This document shows, one piece after another, positions 9,091 to 18,863 of a DNA stretch of 64,000 nucleotides. Position 1 is the first letter of the stretch, and every line of letters starts with the position of its first letter. The translations under genes were made by a program, and so were the position numbers. This DNA is from an uncultured delta proteobacterium (GTDB lineage Bacteria > Myxococcota > Myxococcia > Myxococcales > Myxococcaceae): positions 64,001 to 128,000 of the forward strand of contig CAVQKE010000005.1 of assembly GCA_963713045.1 (NCBI GenBank). Reading direction: 5' to 3'. The notes under the pieces are model-generated. The model saw only the letters and a list, made by a program, of their open reading frames with translations, was not told the origin of the DNA and did not search any database.

Positions 9091-10599
9091 CTACTTCTGT
9101 GGCTGCGCGCGAAGTGATTTGAACGACGCTCTCATCTCGGTGGTGAAGAGTTCCGGCTGTTCCCACGCCGCGAAGTGGCCACCCTTATCGAGCCGGTTGT
9201 AGTAAATGAGTTTCGGATACGCCCGGACTATCCAACTCCGGGGCGCTTGATAGAGCTCATCTGGAAAAGCGCTGATGGCAACCGGGATGACGACGCCTTG
9301 CGGCGCAAAAAAGGCGATTTGCCTCAGGGGGACCCCGTGGAGTGTTTCCCAATAGAGACGAGCCGCCGAGACCCCCGTGTTCGTCAACCAGTAGAGCGTG
9401 ACGTTGTCGAGGATGTCGTCTCGCGTCAGGCCCTCCTTCTGGCCCTTAAAGACGCGCGCGATGAGCTCATAACTGCGAGCGTCGTGGTCGAGCATCCAGG
9501 CAGCGAGGCCGATTGGCGAATCGTCAATTGCGTACAGAGTCTGCGGGCGCTGGCTCATCTCCTGGGCGTACCCCAGGCCGGTCCTATAGAACGAGTCGAG
9601 CTGCTCATAGGCATGACGCTCATCGGCTGAGAGCCCGGCCGGCACCGGGCTGCTCGACAAGAGTGCCTTTGCAATGTCGGTCGGGACGGCGGCAGGCATG
9701 TTGGTGTGAATGCCCAGCAGTTCCGGAGGCGCAAGCAGGGCCATCTGCTCGGTGACCGCATTCCCCCAGTCGCCCCCCTGCGCCACGTAGCGCGTGTAGC
9801 CGAGGCGCTTCATCAGGACGATCCAGGCGCGCGCGACCCGAACGGGGTCCCAACCAAGAGCGGTGGGCTTCCCTGAAAACCCGTGGCCCGGCAAGGACGG
9901 AATCACCACATCGAAAGCATCCGATGCACTTCCGCCATGTGCGGTTGGATTCGTCAGCGGCTCGATGATCTTCAACTCCTCGATGATCGAGCCCGGCCAC
10001 CCGTGCGTTAGGATTATCGGCAACGCATTCGGATGTTTCGAACGAACATGGATGAAATGAATGTCCAGCCCGTCGATGTTCGTTGTGAACTGCGGAAGGG
10101 CGTTCAGTCTCGCTTCGAACTTTCGCCAATCGTAAGCGGTCTGCCAATAGTGCGCGAGTTCGCGCATCGTCGCGAGCTGCACGCCTTGCGAGTCATCTGT
10201 TACATTTTCCCCCGACGGCCATTTTGTTGCGGCGATCCGCCGACGCAGGTCCGCGAGTGCCTCGTCGGATGCATGAAAGTGGAACGGGCGGATCGCGGCA
10301 CTAGCACTTTCCGGTTGGGTCGTCGTGCTGGTTGTTTGGGTCATGGTGGCCTCCTTGTGGAGAGCGCGCGCTCCGTTCGGGTGATCCGCGATGGCCAGCT
10401 TCGTGGGGAGCACGCTCGTGTTAGCGACGGCGTCGTCGGGGGCGGCAGCTGCCGTGCCGTGAACGGTAACTGCGACAAGGCCGACGGCACTCGCGGCTGC
10501 TGCGAGAGCGGAAAAAAATCGACGCTTTCTTCGAGAGGCGCCCGCTGCTGCGGGTTCGTGGCTTGATGTTGCTGTGGATGCGTTTCTGTCCCTGGTCAT
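9091..10599 (-). CDS. Epoxide hydrolase (EHN N-terminal domain, microsomal-type family)
   Basis: IRPFHFH, YDWRKFE, HGWPGS, GGDWG, GGHFAAWEQP. GGAGG before ATG 10599, then a Tat-like RRKRRFF plus hydrophobic stretch. Confidence 0.9.
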   Translation of the reverse strand: MTRDRNASTATSSHEPAAAGASRRKRRFFSALAAAASAVGLVAVTVHGTAAAAPDDAVANTSVLPTKLAIADHPNGARALHKEATMTQTTSTTTQPESASAAIRPFHFHASDEALADLRRRIAATKWPSGENVTDDSQGVQLATMRELAHYWQTAYDWRKFEARLNALPQFTTNIDGLDIHFIHVRSKHPNALPIILTHGWPGSIIEELKIIEPLTNPTAHGGSASDAFDVVIPSLPGHGFSGKPTALGWDPVRVARAWIVLMKRLGYTRYVAQGGDWGNAVTEQMALLAPPELLGIHTNMPAAVPTDIAKALLSSSPVPAGLSADERHAYEQLDSFYRTGLGYAQEMSQRPQTLYAIDDSPIGLAAWMLDHDARSYELIARVFKGQKEGLTRDDILDNVTLYWLTNTGVSAARLYWETLHGVPLRQIAFFAPQGVVIPVAISAFPDELYQAPRSWIVRAYPKLIYYNRLDKGGHFAAWEQPELFTTEMRASFKSLRAQPQK

Positions 10600-10991
10600 G
10601 GCCCCTCCCGCATCAAGCACCCCGTTGTACAAGAACGAAGAATGTCGATTAGGTGACAACTATCGGACGACCGCATCCGTCCCTATCTTGAGGGCGGGCT
10701 TGCCCCCACGCTTGAGCCGGCGTGTACTATCCAAAACACTGCCAGTGCGAACCGAGTTCTTTTTGTGCCCCAAGATGCAGATGAGATTGGCACGAATCTA
10801 CTGGACAAACGTTTCGTCCGGGACCTTCGACTCAGTCGACGCCTAAGCCTCGTCGGAGGGCGGCACCCAAGCCGCCGGCGTGCGTGGACAGCGGCCGAGG
10901 CAGGCCCAACTCCGGCCTTCGACCGACGTCAAAGTCTATTGACATTGGGCGACGGCCCGACCCATCAACCAAAGAAGCGAGCGAGAGCCGA

Positions 10992-11441
10992 ATGGATTCA
11001 CGTTTGTTGATGACGCTTCAGGTCGCCGTGGTCGGCGCACAGAGAATTGGCCCGGTGCCTTGCGGGACGCGCGTAGTGTCACCAATTGGGAGCGGGCACT
11101 TCGAGGGGCCGCGGCTGCGAGGCAACGTCCTACCCGGTGGCGGTGACTGGACGCTCCTCCGGGCAGATGGCGTCCTCGAGCTCGACTTGCGCCTCACACT
11201 CGAAACGGACGATGGCGCGCTGATTTACATGACGTCGTTCGGGCTTCGTTACGGGCCACCGGAAGTAATCGCTGCGCTCGCTCGCGGTGAGAGCGTCCAC
11301 CCCTCCGCCTACTATTTCCGGACCACGCCCCGCTTTGAGACTGGTCACTCGAAGTACATATTTTTGAACCGCCTTCTTGCCGTGTCGAGCGGTGATCGGC
11401 GAGCCGAAGGCCCCATCTACACTATCTACGAAATTCTATGA
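10992..11441 (+). CDS. DUF3237 family protein
   Basis: GHFEGPRLRGNVLPGGGDW, LETDDGALIY, YFRTTPRFETG, LNR motifs. Confidence 0.85.
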   Translation: MDSRLLMTLQVAVVGAQRIGPVPCGTRVVSPIGSGHFEGPRLRGNVLPGGGDWTLLRADGVLELDLRLTLETDDGALIYMTSFGLRYGPPEVIAALARGESVHPSAYYFRTTPRFETGHSKYIFLNRLLAVSSGDRRAEGPIYTIYEIL

Positions 11442-11557
11442 GCCGGCGAACGCTCGTCAAAATAATTGATTTGCCTGTATATGCCGAAGATTGGGTGTCG
11501 CTGACGATGCTTCGCTAGCGAAGCAGAATTTGATAGAATTACAGAGGGGTTACTCAT

Positions 11558-11809
11558 ATGGGAGCAATCAGCTTTAGGAGCAGCATCCTCCCGCTTTTCA
11601 CCGAAGTTGACATCGACCACATGAAGAAGGTCTTTGACCTCTCGCGGTATGAGGATGTGAAAGCAAACGCGGAAGCAATTCTCGGTCGACTTGTGGGGGC
11701 GACCGGCCCGGTGATGCCACCGCCTCAGTCTCTAGGCGGCTCCGGGCCATGGTCCCCGCAACAAGTCGCCGTTTTTAAACGATGGATCGACGACGGGTGC
11801 AACCCTTAG
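11558..11809 (+). CDS. Small hypothetical protein (MPP...W...FKRWIDDG; resembles a cytochrome c-type C-terminus but has no CxxCH)
   Basis: GAGGGG RBS; compact 83-aa ORF with protein-like composition. Confidence 0.65.
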   Translation: MGAISFRSSILPLFTEVDIDHMKKVFDLSRYEDVKANAEAILGRLVGATGPVMPPPQSLGGSGPWSPQQVAVFKRWIDDGCNP

Positions 11810-12178
11810 CGGCGTTGCAGAACGCAATTCAATGACTCGGCTGGACGGAAGGCATAGCGAATGCCCTATTCCGATCGAGCGAGAGCCATGGATCAATCGG
11901 CATGCAGAGCTCGCCGACAATCCTCGTGGACGGCACCAAACGCTGCCGGTGCTGATGGCCGGATACCTAGGTTGGAGGCTCTACGTCGAAGGGATGTGGG
12001 GTGATCCGCCGCGTGAACTCATTGCGGCAACGCGGAGCCAGGCGATCCAGTGAGACCCAGCGTAGGGGGGGCGGTCTTTGGCGCGAGGGCATGTTACTGG
12101 CCTCTTCGCCTCCCGACCTGGTGGAGCGCTTGATGATAAAGCAAAGCGGGGACTCTGGCTTCGCCCGGAGCACTCGGC

Positions 12179-12715
12179 CTACGGCCGGCGCAGTCTGTAG
12201 CGCAGCTGTGCTAGCCGGTCACCAAACGACTTGACGCTGTCGAGGATGAGACCGGATTCCATCTTCACGCCCCCAAATAGCGGCAGCCCCTCACCAATAA
12301 GCACCGGCACAAACGTCATGGTGAGCTCGTCCAGCAGCCCGGCGGCGAGAAAGTCTCTAATCACCACACCCCCGTCGGCGTAGATGTGACGAGCTCCCTC
12401 CGCCTCAAGCTGAGCCATTAAGCCGTTGGGCTCGCCTGAGTAGGCACTCTCGTCATATCGGCCTTCCACAGAACCGTGGGTCATCACAATGCAGCGCTTC
12501 CCTTCATGGAACCAGGGGCCGCCTTTTGAAACCTGGTTCAGGACGGACTCATACGTCTTGCGCCCAAGCAGTACGGTGTCGACCGAGTCGAAAAACGCAG
12601 CAAAGCCGTGCTCTTCGCCCTCAAACCGTTCGAGAAAGTCGAGGGTGCCGTCTGGTCGGGCGAGAAAGCCATCGAGACTGACACCCACGAATGTCGAGGT
12701 GCGGGGTCGAGTCAT
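12179..12715 (-). CDS. Dihydrofolate reductase-like (RibD C-terminal) protein
   Basis: SLDGFLA, LLGRKTYE, DGG, LLDEL, PVLIGEGLPLF. Confidence 0.9.
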   Translation of the reverse strand: MTRPRTSTFVGVSLDGFLARPDGTLDFLERFEGEEHGFAAFFDSVDTVLLGRKTYESVLNQVSKGGPWFHEGKRCIVMTHGSVEGRYDESAYSGEPNGLMAQLEAEGARHIYADGGVVIRDFLAAGLLDELTMTFVPVLIGEGLPLFGGVKMESGLILDSVKSFGDRLAQLRYRLRRP

Positions 12716-12961
12716 GATGAGAGGGTATAAGACAAGTCGGCCTAACAGAGGCGGGCGGGCTGCGCCGAGCCGTGGACGCAGGGGCCGGGCCTCCGGGGGG
12801 CGTAGCCTTTCCGTCGACCGAGGGCGTCATCTTCCACCTGGCTTCTCTAACGGTTTGTGCAACCACGCATCCGTTGGCTGAGGCTCAGGGTTCTGCATTG
12901 TCTGGCCCGCGATCCAGGGAGGATCCTTAGCCGCCTCTCCTCGAACTCGCGATGAGCGCCC

Positions 12962-13077
12962 TTCGGTCGGAATTGGAATCCGAATGACGTTTCCCCCGAG
13001 CCGCAGGTGCTCGAGCTTCCCGGCCTTCAGCCAGCCGTAGACCGTTGCTGTCGAGGGCGAGCTCGCGGACTGTGACT
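12962..13077 (-). pseudogene. Excisionase-like HTH_17 (MerR-type) remnant, frameshifted
   Basis: VTVRELA, a shift, then STATVYGWLKAGKLEHLRLGGNVIRIPIPTE. Confidence 0.6.
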
Positions 13078-13206
13078 CCCATCCGCTCTTTTGGTGTCAA
13101 ACGGTGCCGAACTATGCTCCTCACCCACCGGTGGGGCACCCGCAGAAGTCAAAGAGTGTGCGGGCTTAGCAGGTGGCCGCGGCCCCGGTCGGGGTACCCA
13201 TCCGCT

Positions 13207-13250
13207 CTCCGGAGCCGAAGGCCACTGGTTCGAACCCACTATCGCGCGCT
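13207..13250 (+). mobile_element. Degenerate 3' half of tRNA-Arg(CCG); att-site scar
   Basis: CTCCGGA anticodon loop, GCCGAAGG, GGTTCGAACC T-loop, TCGCGCGC acceptor strand; no 5' half or D-arm. Confidence 0.6.
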
Positions 13251-13651
13251 CCCGCAAGTGCCCATGCTTTCACGGGAACTGCCCCCGATGACGAAGGACC
13301 GGTGCTCCGTTTGGTGCGCGCTTGGACCCCGCGGCGCCGTTTCCTCGCCTGAGGCGAGAGGCCGGAAACACCTCTCCGCCCTCCCCAACCGTGAGGCGGT
13401 CCACGTTGACGTCGACGCCGCATCGGTTCCCAATTTCACCATGTCGTGCAATTTCCGCGTCACTCCGCATTTCTTTCGCGCTCCCCGGCGCTGGGTTAGC
13501 TGCCTTTCCCTCGCAGTACGACAGGAGTGGAACGCTCGAGGGCCGAATGACACCGAGCGGCGCGAGACACGACTGCAATGAATTTGCGTGACAGGCCGTT
13601 CCTTTCCAACGAACCTGGTTGCGCGACATTCCCCAGAACGGGACGGTGCAC

Positions 13652-14113
13652 ATGGCAGCCGGTATCGCTCAGAGCAGCTTGAAGCCGGAACGGCGGAGGT
13701 TCCTGAACTGGTGCATTGGCTTCGGCTTGCTCGGCTGGGCCGCCAGCATTCTGTACCCAGTGCTGCGCTACCTCCGCCCCTTGGGAGACGTGGGCGCGGG
13801 CGGTCCGCTGAAGCTCACGGCGGACGAGCTCTCCACCCTAAACAAGTCGCACTTCGTCATCGCGCGGGCGGGGACTCGGAAGGTGATTGTCTTCGAAGCC
13901 GGTGGGGAGCTGCACGCCCTGGATGCCAAGTGCACCCACGAGGGCTGCACCGTGCAATTCGTCCCGGGCGACTCCCTCATCTGGTGCGCCTGCCACAACG
14001 GCAAGTTCGACCTGGACGGGCGGGTGCTGTCCGGTCCGCCGCCCCGGCCTCTCGGGAAGTGGGTCGTCACCCGAGAGGGGGACGAGGTGACGCTGACGAT
14101 GGAGACGGCATGA
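13652..14113 (+). CDS. Rieske [2Fe-2S] subunit of a cytochrome bc complex
   Basis: Tat motif RRRFL plus TM helix; CTHEGC and CACHNG boxes; GPPPRPL. Confidence 0.93.
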   Translation: MAAGIAQSSLKPERRRFLNWCIGFGLLGWAASILYPVLRYLRPLGDVGAGGPLKLTADELSTLNKSHFVIARAGTRKVIVFEAGGELHALDAKCTHEGCTVQFVPGDSLIWCACHNGKFDLDGRVLSGPPPRPLGKWVVTREGDEVTLTMETA

Positions 14114-15522
14114 TTGAGGCGCAGCACCCGGACGCGTCGCCGTCCACCGGGGAGCGCCTCTACCGTTGGCTGGACGCGCGTTTCAAGCTCGCGAAGCTCG
14201 TGGAGTTCGTCCGTCACAAGGAGGTGCCGGTTGGCGGCCACTCCATGGTCTGGTACTACCTGGGCGGCACCACGCTCTTCTTTTTCACGGTCCAGGTTGT
14301 CTCCGGCGTGCTGCTCCTCATGTACTACCAGGCTGGCGAGGGGACTTCCTACGAGTCCATTCGCTACATCACCACGCGGGTGCCCTTCGGCTGGCTCGTT
14401 CGCTCCATCCACTGCTGGAGCGCGCACCTGATGATTCTCTCGCTGGTGATGCACATGTTCAGCACCATGATTTTGAAGGCCTACCGAAAGCCTCGGGAGC
14501 TGACCTGGCTCACGGGTTTCGGGCTCTTCGGAATCGCTCTGGCCTTCGGCTTCTCCGGCTACTTGCTTCCGTGGAATGAGCTGGCCTTTTTCGCGACCGC
14601 CGTCGGCACCGACTCCGTGAAAGGTGTGCCGCTGATTGGCCAGTGGCTCTTGGAGGTGATGCGCGGCGGCCCGGACGTCACCATCAACACGCTCTACCGC
14701 TTCTTTGCCCTGCACGTCGTCATCCTGCCGCTGGTCATTGTCGGTGTGGTGGCAATCCACCTCCTCTTCATCCAGGTGCAGGGCATGGCGCCGGGAATGG
14801 CTCACCAGCGAGCGGACCGGCCCGGCCTCAAGTTCTTCCCGGACTTCCTCCTTCGGGACCTCCTCTTGTGGCTGGTTTGCTTAATCCTGTTGGCCGTCCT
14901 GGTGTACCTGCTCCCCTACGGCCCCGGCATCCCTGGGGTGGAATGGGAGTTGGGGAAGAAGGCCAACCCGCTTACCCCCGCGTATCCGGGCATCAAGCCG
15001 GAGTGGTACTTCCTCTGGATTTACCAGCTGCTTAAGGAGTTCCCCGCGCACCTGGGCTTTTTAGAGGGCCCACAGGCGGCACTGCTGTTGGTGACGGTGT
15101 TGATGGGGATTTGGGCGCTGGTGCCCTTTCTGGACCGGCGGGCCAGCCGAGGCCTGCCCTCGCCGAGGTTTACGGATTTGGCCATCGCGGCCATCATCTT
15201 CATGGCCTACCTGACGCTGAAGGCATGGGACGTGGGCGGCCGAAAGCCTGGCTCCACCGCCCTTCCGGACCCCCGGGCCACCGCTTGGACGTGTGCGCTG
15301 ATTACGCTGGCGATTGCGTCGGCCATCGCCCTGCTTCGGATACTCGCTTACAAGCAGCGCTGGATGCTCTTCTCCGGGGCGGCGCTTCTGCAGGTGGTGC
15401 TCAACGGCGTCTTCGGGGTGGACTACCTGGTCGCCGGAGTCGTCGCTCTGCTCCTGCTCATCGCCGGGCTGGCGGTTGGTAAGTGGAAGGGCCGCGGCGA
15501 TGCGCTGGAGGCGTCCAGGTGA
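14110..15522 (+). CDS. Cytochrome b subunit (unsplit, with C-terminal extra helices)
   Basis: ATGA overlap with the Rieske gene; GWLVRSIH...H, GYLLPW, ALH...IH heme ligands; KPEWY Qo motif. Confidence 0.93.
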   Translation: MIEAQHPDASPSTGERLYRWLDARFKLAKLVEFVRHKEVPVGGHSMVWYYLGGTTLFFFTVQVVSGVLLLMYYQAGEGTSYESIRYITTRVPFGWLVRSIHCWSAHLMILSLVMHMFSTMILKAYRKPRELTWLTGFGLFGIALAFGFSGYLLPWNELAFFATAVGTDSVKGVPLIGQWLLEVMRGGPDVTINTLYRFFALHVVILPLVIVGVVAIHLLFIQVQGMAPGMAHQRADRPGLKFFPDFLLRDLLLWLVCLILLAVLVYLLPYGPGIPGVEWELGKKANPLTPAYPGIKPEWYFLWIYQLLKEFPAHLGFLEGPQAALLLVTVLMGIWALVPFLDRRASRGLPSPRFTDLAIAAIIFMAYLTLKAWDVGGRKPGSTALPDPRATAWTCALITLAIASAIALLRILAYKQRWMLFSGAALLQVVLNGVFGVDYLVAGVVALLLLIAGLAVGKWKGRGDALEASR

Positions 15523-17093
15523 GGTCTCTGTGCACGCTGTTGCTTTTCCTCGGCCAAACCGGCCCGGCACCCGCACCGGACGACGGCAAGCTCTCCCCGT
15601 CCATCGAGAAGCTATTCGACGAAAAGGGCAAAGACGGAAAGCCTATTCTGGGTGAGACGGAACGGCTGTATTTGAAAAAGCTGCCTCTCCATACGCGCGA
15701 GCTCATTGGGAAAGACGTGGATGCGGTGACGGTGAGCGGGGCCACGCACCTCAAGGCTCTCTTGTCCCTAGAGTTGTCCTCGCAGACGGCAGCCATCGTC
15801 TTCTCGGACAACTGCGTGCTCTGCCACAGCGACCCGGATGCTCAAAACCCCAAGCGCCTCTTCTCCCCGGACCCAGAGGCCACCCACTCGGCGAAGCACC
15901 TGAACCTCAAGAGCTTCATGAGCGACGTGCACTTTCGCCGGGGGCTCTCCTGCGCGGGCTGCCACGGGGGCTCGCCAGACAACGATGTGATGACCCCGGA
16001 CATCATGGCGCGTTGGCCCAAGGCGGAGGTGCGCCAGGTGGACCGCACCTGGATTCCGGAATTCTGCGCCCGGTGCCACGCAGACCCGAACTTCATGCGC
16101 GGCTTCAACCCTTCCCTCCCCACCGACCAGCTCGCCAAGTACCGCGACAGCCAGCATGGCATCCTGCTGCTGCAGCAACATGACTCCAAAGCGGCGCAAT
16201 GCGTCAGCTGTCATGGAGTGCATGGCATCCGGGGTCCGAAGAGCCGCCAGTCCACGGTGCACCCGCAGGCCATTCCTGAGACGTGCGGGCATTGCCATGC
16301 GGACCCGAAGTACATGGCGGGCTACAAGAAAGAGGACGGCTCGCCCCTGCCCACCAACCAGCTGGAGGGCTTCAAGAAGTCGGTGCACGGAGTGGCGCTC
16401 CTTGACAAAGGAGACCTCGGCGCTCCTGCCTGCAACAGCTGCCATGGCAACCACGCGGCCATGCCGCCCGCGGTAGGTTCAGTCTCGCAGGTCTGCCGGA
16501 CCTGCCATGCCCTGAACGGGACATTCTTTGACGGAAGCAAGCACAAGCACGCTTTCGAGCAGCACCGGTGGCCGGAGTGCGAGAAGTGCCATGGGAAGCA
16601 TGAGATTCTAAAGCCGACCGACGCGCTGATTTCCGACGCCCACGACGGCCTCTGTGGCGCCTGCCACGCCGAGTACGCGAAGGACAACCCGGAGTGCAAC
16701 GCGACGGCGCGTTACTTCCGGAGCAGCCTCACCGAGCTTGTCGCGGACGCGCAAAGGGACCGGCCGGAGGTGGAGCATCTGGCGGAGCGCGGCCTGGACA
16801 CCCAGCCCATCCTTGCTTCTCTCGACGAGCTGAACGAGGACATCGTCCAAACCCGGGCGAGGGTGCACACCTTCGACCGGGGGGGGTTCGACCAGGGGGC
16901 CAAGGCTGGCCGCGAGGCGGTTGCCAAGACGGAGAAGCTACTGCAAGCGGCACGGGACGAGCAGCGGTACCGACGCAATGGACTCCTGGTTTCCATCGGC
17001 TTCATGGCGTTGTTGGCCGTGGCAATGGGATTCAGAATCCGCGAGCTGAGCCGGCGGCGGCCCAAGACCAACGAGGGGCGGCGTCCCACGTGA
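15519..17093 (+). CDS. Nonaheme cytochrome c with C-terminal membrane anchor
   Basis: GTGA overlap; nine CxxCH (CVLCH, CAGCH, CARCH, CVSCH, CGHCH, CNSCH, CRTCH, CEKCH, CGACH); helical stalk and C-terminal TM helix. Confidence 0.9.
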   Translation: MRSLCTLLLFLGQTGPAPAPDDGKLSPSIEKLFDEKGKDGKPILGETERLYLKKLPLHTRELIGKDVDAVTVSGATHLKALLSLELSSQTAAIVFSDNCVLCHSDPDAQNPKRLFSPDPEATHSAKHLNLKSFMSDVHFRRGLSCAGCHGGSPDNDVMTPDIMARWPKAEVRQVDRTWIPEFCARCHADPNFMRGFNPSLPTDQLAKYRDSQHGILLLQQHDSKAAQCVSCHGVHGIRGPKSRQSTVHPQAIPETCGHCHADPKYMAGYKKEDGSPLPTNQLEGFKKSVHGVALLDKGDLGAPACNSCHGNHAAMPPAVGSVSQVCRTCHALNGTFFDGSKHKHAFEQHRWPECEKCHGKHEILKPTDALISDAHDGLCGACHAEYAKDNPECNATARYFRSSLTELVADAQRDRPEVEHLAERGLDTQPILASLDELNEDIVQTRARVHTFDRGGFDQGAKAGREAVAKTEKLLQAARDEQRYRRNGLLVSIGFMALLAVAMGFRIRELSRRRPKTNEGRRPT

Positions 17094-17126
17094 CGTAGCG
17101 CCACATGTGCTGGGCAGAAGGGCACC

Positions 17127-18824
17127 ATGGAGACCCGCCTGCAAGCAGTCGAAGAGAAGGTGACCCGCTTAAGTGAGCGGGTCGACCAACTCGAAAAGAA
17201 GCTTGCGGCAACGCCCTTCCCCGCCTTCTCCCCCCCGTGGCCGGAGGGCGAACCCCAGCTCCCCACGGTCCCGTCTTCGAGCGCGGAGCTGACCCGTTGG
17301 GCGACGCTTCTTGGCCGCAGTTGTGTGGTGCTAGGAGGCGCCTTCCTCTTCCGCGCTCTTACCGAGGGGGGGACGCTACCCACCGGCGTAGGCGTGGCGT
17401 TGGGAATTGCCTTCGCAGCCGTGTGGGTCTTCTTCTCTCACCGGGCCGGAGCGAGGGGCGCGACGCTGAGCGCTGGGTTCTATGGGGTTACTGCCGCGCT
17501 CATCGCTTACCCTTTGGTGCTGGAGACGACGACGCGGCTGGTCGCGATGTCCAGCGGGCTTGCGGCGCTGACGCTTCTGGGGTTCACCGCCCTGCTCCTG
17601 ACGGCGTCTTGGCGGGACCGACTCCGTTGGCTCGCTTGGATTGGCGTCGTGTCTTGCCTGGTCACCACTCTCATTCTGCTGAGGGCGACTCCGGGCAAAG
17701 CAGACTTCATCGGGGTCCTCTTCGTCTTGGCGGCTGCTGCCTTCTGGCTTGGCGAGCGTCCGGGATGGGGCGGCCTTCGGTGGCTTCCCGCCCTCATTCT
17801 GGACTTGGTCGTGCTTCGCGCCGTCCTCACCTCCATGCCGCAGGTCCTCGTCTACTCTCTTGCGCTCGCCTGTCTGTCTCTGGGCTTTCTGTGTTTCCGG
17901 ACTGCAGTCCTCGCACGGCCCGTGGGCGCATTCGAGGTCCTCCAGACGCTGGCAGGGCTCGCCGTTGGACTGACCGGAGCGCTCCGAGTGTCGGCTGAGG
18001 CAGGGCACGGCTCAGGCGCGGTGGGAGCCGGGGTGTTCGCCGCTTCCCTTCTCGCGCTGTTCTTCGCGGCGTGGGTCGTTCCTCGTCGAGGCAACCGAGA
18101 CCTGGACTTTCTTTTCTATGCGAGTGTGTCCCTTGGGCTGCTCTCCTTGGGCGTGGCGCTGGTGACTGCGGGCGATTTACGCGGCGTGCTTTGGTCCACC
18201 TTCGCGTTCCTTACCGCGCTTCTTGGACGCCGAAAGCACGCCGGCACGCTCTTTTCCTTCGCGGCACTCCTCGCGTTAGGGGCCGCCTTCACCACGGGGT
18301 TGATGCGCGGAATTTGGCAGGCCCTCGCCAGCCGCGAACCGGGCCCCTGGCCGGCGATGAGCCCTGGAAGCGCCGCTGTGCTGGGGCTTGTCCTGCTCAC
18401 CTACCTCGCGACCGTCCCTCCGCTGCGGCCCGCTCTCTTGCGTCCGGCCAATTGGGCATCGGACCGCTTGCCTGCGGCCGCGCTCCTTGCCCTCGGCAGC
18501 GCTGGGCTGGCCACGTTACCGTTGCGGGCGTGCGGCCCCTGCACCGCCGATGCTGCGCATCTCGCTACCTCCCGAACGCTAATGGCGGTCGCGGTCGGCT
18601 TGTCGCTTGCATTCGTCCGCCGGCGTGTGGCATGCCCCGAGCTCAGGTGGATTGCGTACCTCGCGCTGGTTCTCGGGGGAGTCGAGTTGGTCGTCCAGGG
18701 CTTACCGAGTGGGCAGCCGCTCCTGTTGCTAGTCTCCTTCATCATCTACGGAGCCGGACTGATTTTGGTCCCGCGCCTGGCTCCTCCCGGCGGTGAGGCC
18801 CTGTCCTCAAGCGGTCCGCACTAA
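17127..18824 (+). CDS. Polytopic membrane protein (DUF2339-like)
   Basis: N-terminal coiled coil (ETRLQAVEEKVTRLSERV) followed by many hydrophobic helices. Confidence 0.7.
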   Translation: METRLQAVEEKVTRLSERVDQLEKKLAATPFPAFSPPWPEGEPQLPTVPSSSAELTRWATLLGRSCVVLGGAFLFRALTEGGTLPTGVGVALGIAFAAVWVFFSHRAGARGATLSAGFYGVTAALIAYPLVLETTTRLVAMSSGLAALTLLGFTALLLTASWRDRLRWLAWIGVVSCLVTTLILLRATPGKADFIGVLFVLAAAAFWLGERPGWGGLRWLPALILDLVVLRAVLTSMPQVLVYSLALACLSLGFLCFRTAVLARPVGAFEVLQTLAGLAVGLTGALRVSAEAGHGSGAVGAGVFAASLLALFFAAWVVPRRGNRDLDFLFYASVSLGLLSLGVALVTAGDLRGVLWSTFAFLTALLGRRKHAGTLFSFAALLALGAAFTTGLMRGIWQALASREPGPWPAMSPGSAAVLGLVLLTYLATVPPLRPALLRPANWASDRLPAAALLALGSAGLATLPLRACGPCTADAAHLATSRTLMAVAVGLSLAFVRRRVACPELRWIAYLALVLGGVELVVQGLPSGQPLLLLVSFIIYGAGLILVPRLAPPGGEALSSSGPH

Positions 18825-18863
18825 CCCGAATGGAGGTGCTCTGCGCACCTCGGTGGTGACTCC

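Noticed and set aside
13207..13250. Functional tRNA gene (also 45075 and 50286)
   Set aside because: Only 3' parts are present, with no D-arm or 5' acceptor strand.
13588..14109. 174-aa N-terminal extension of cytochrome b in the ORF track
   Set aside because: It overlaps the Rieske gene in another frame; ATG 14110 gives a typical ATGA coupling.
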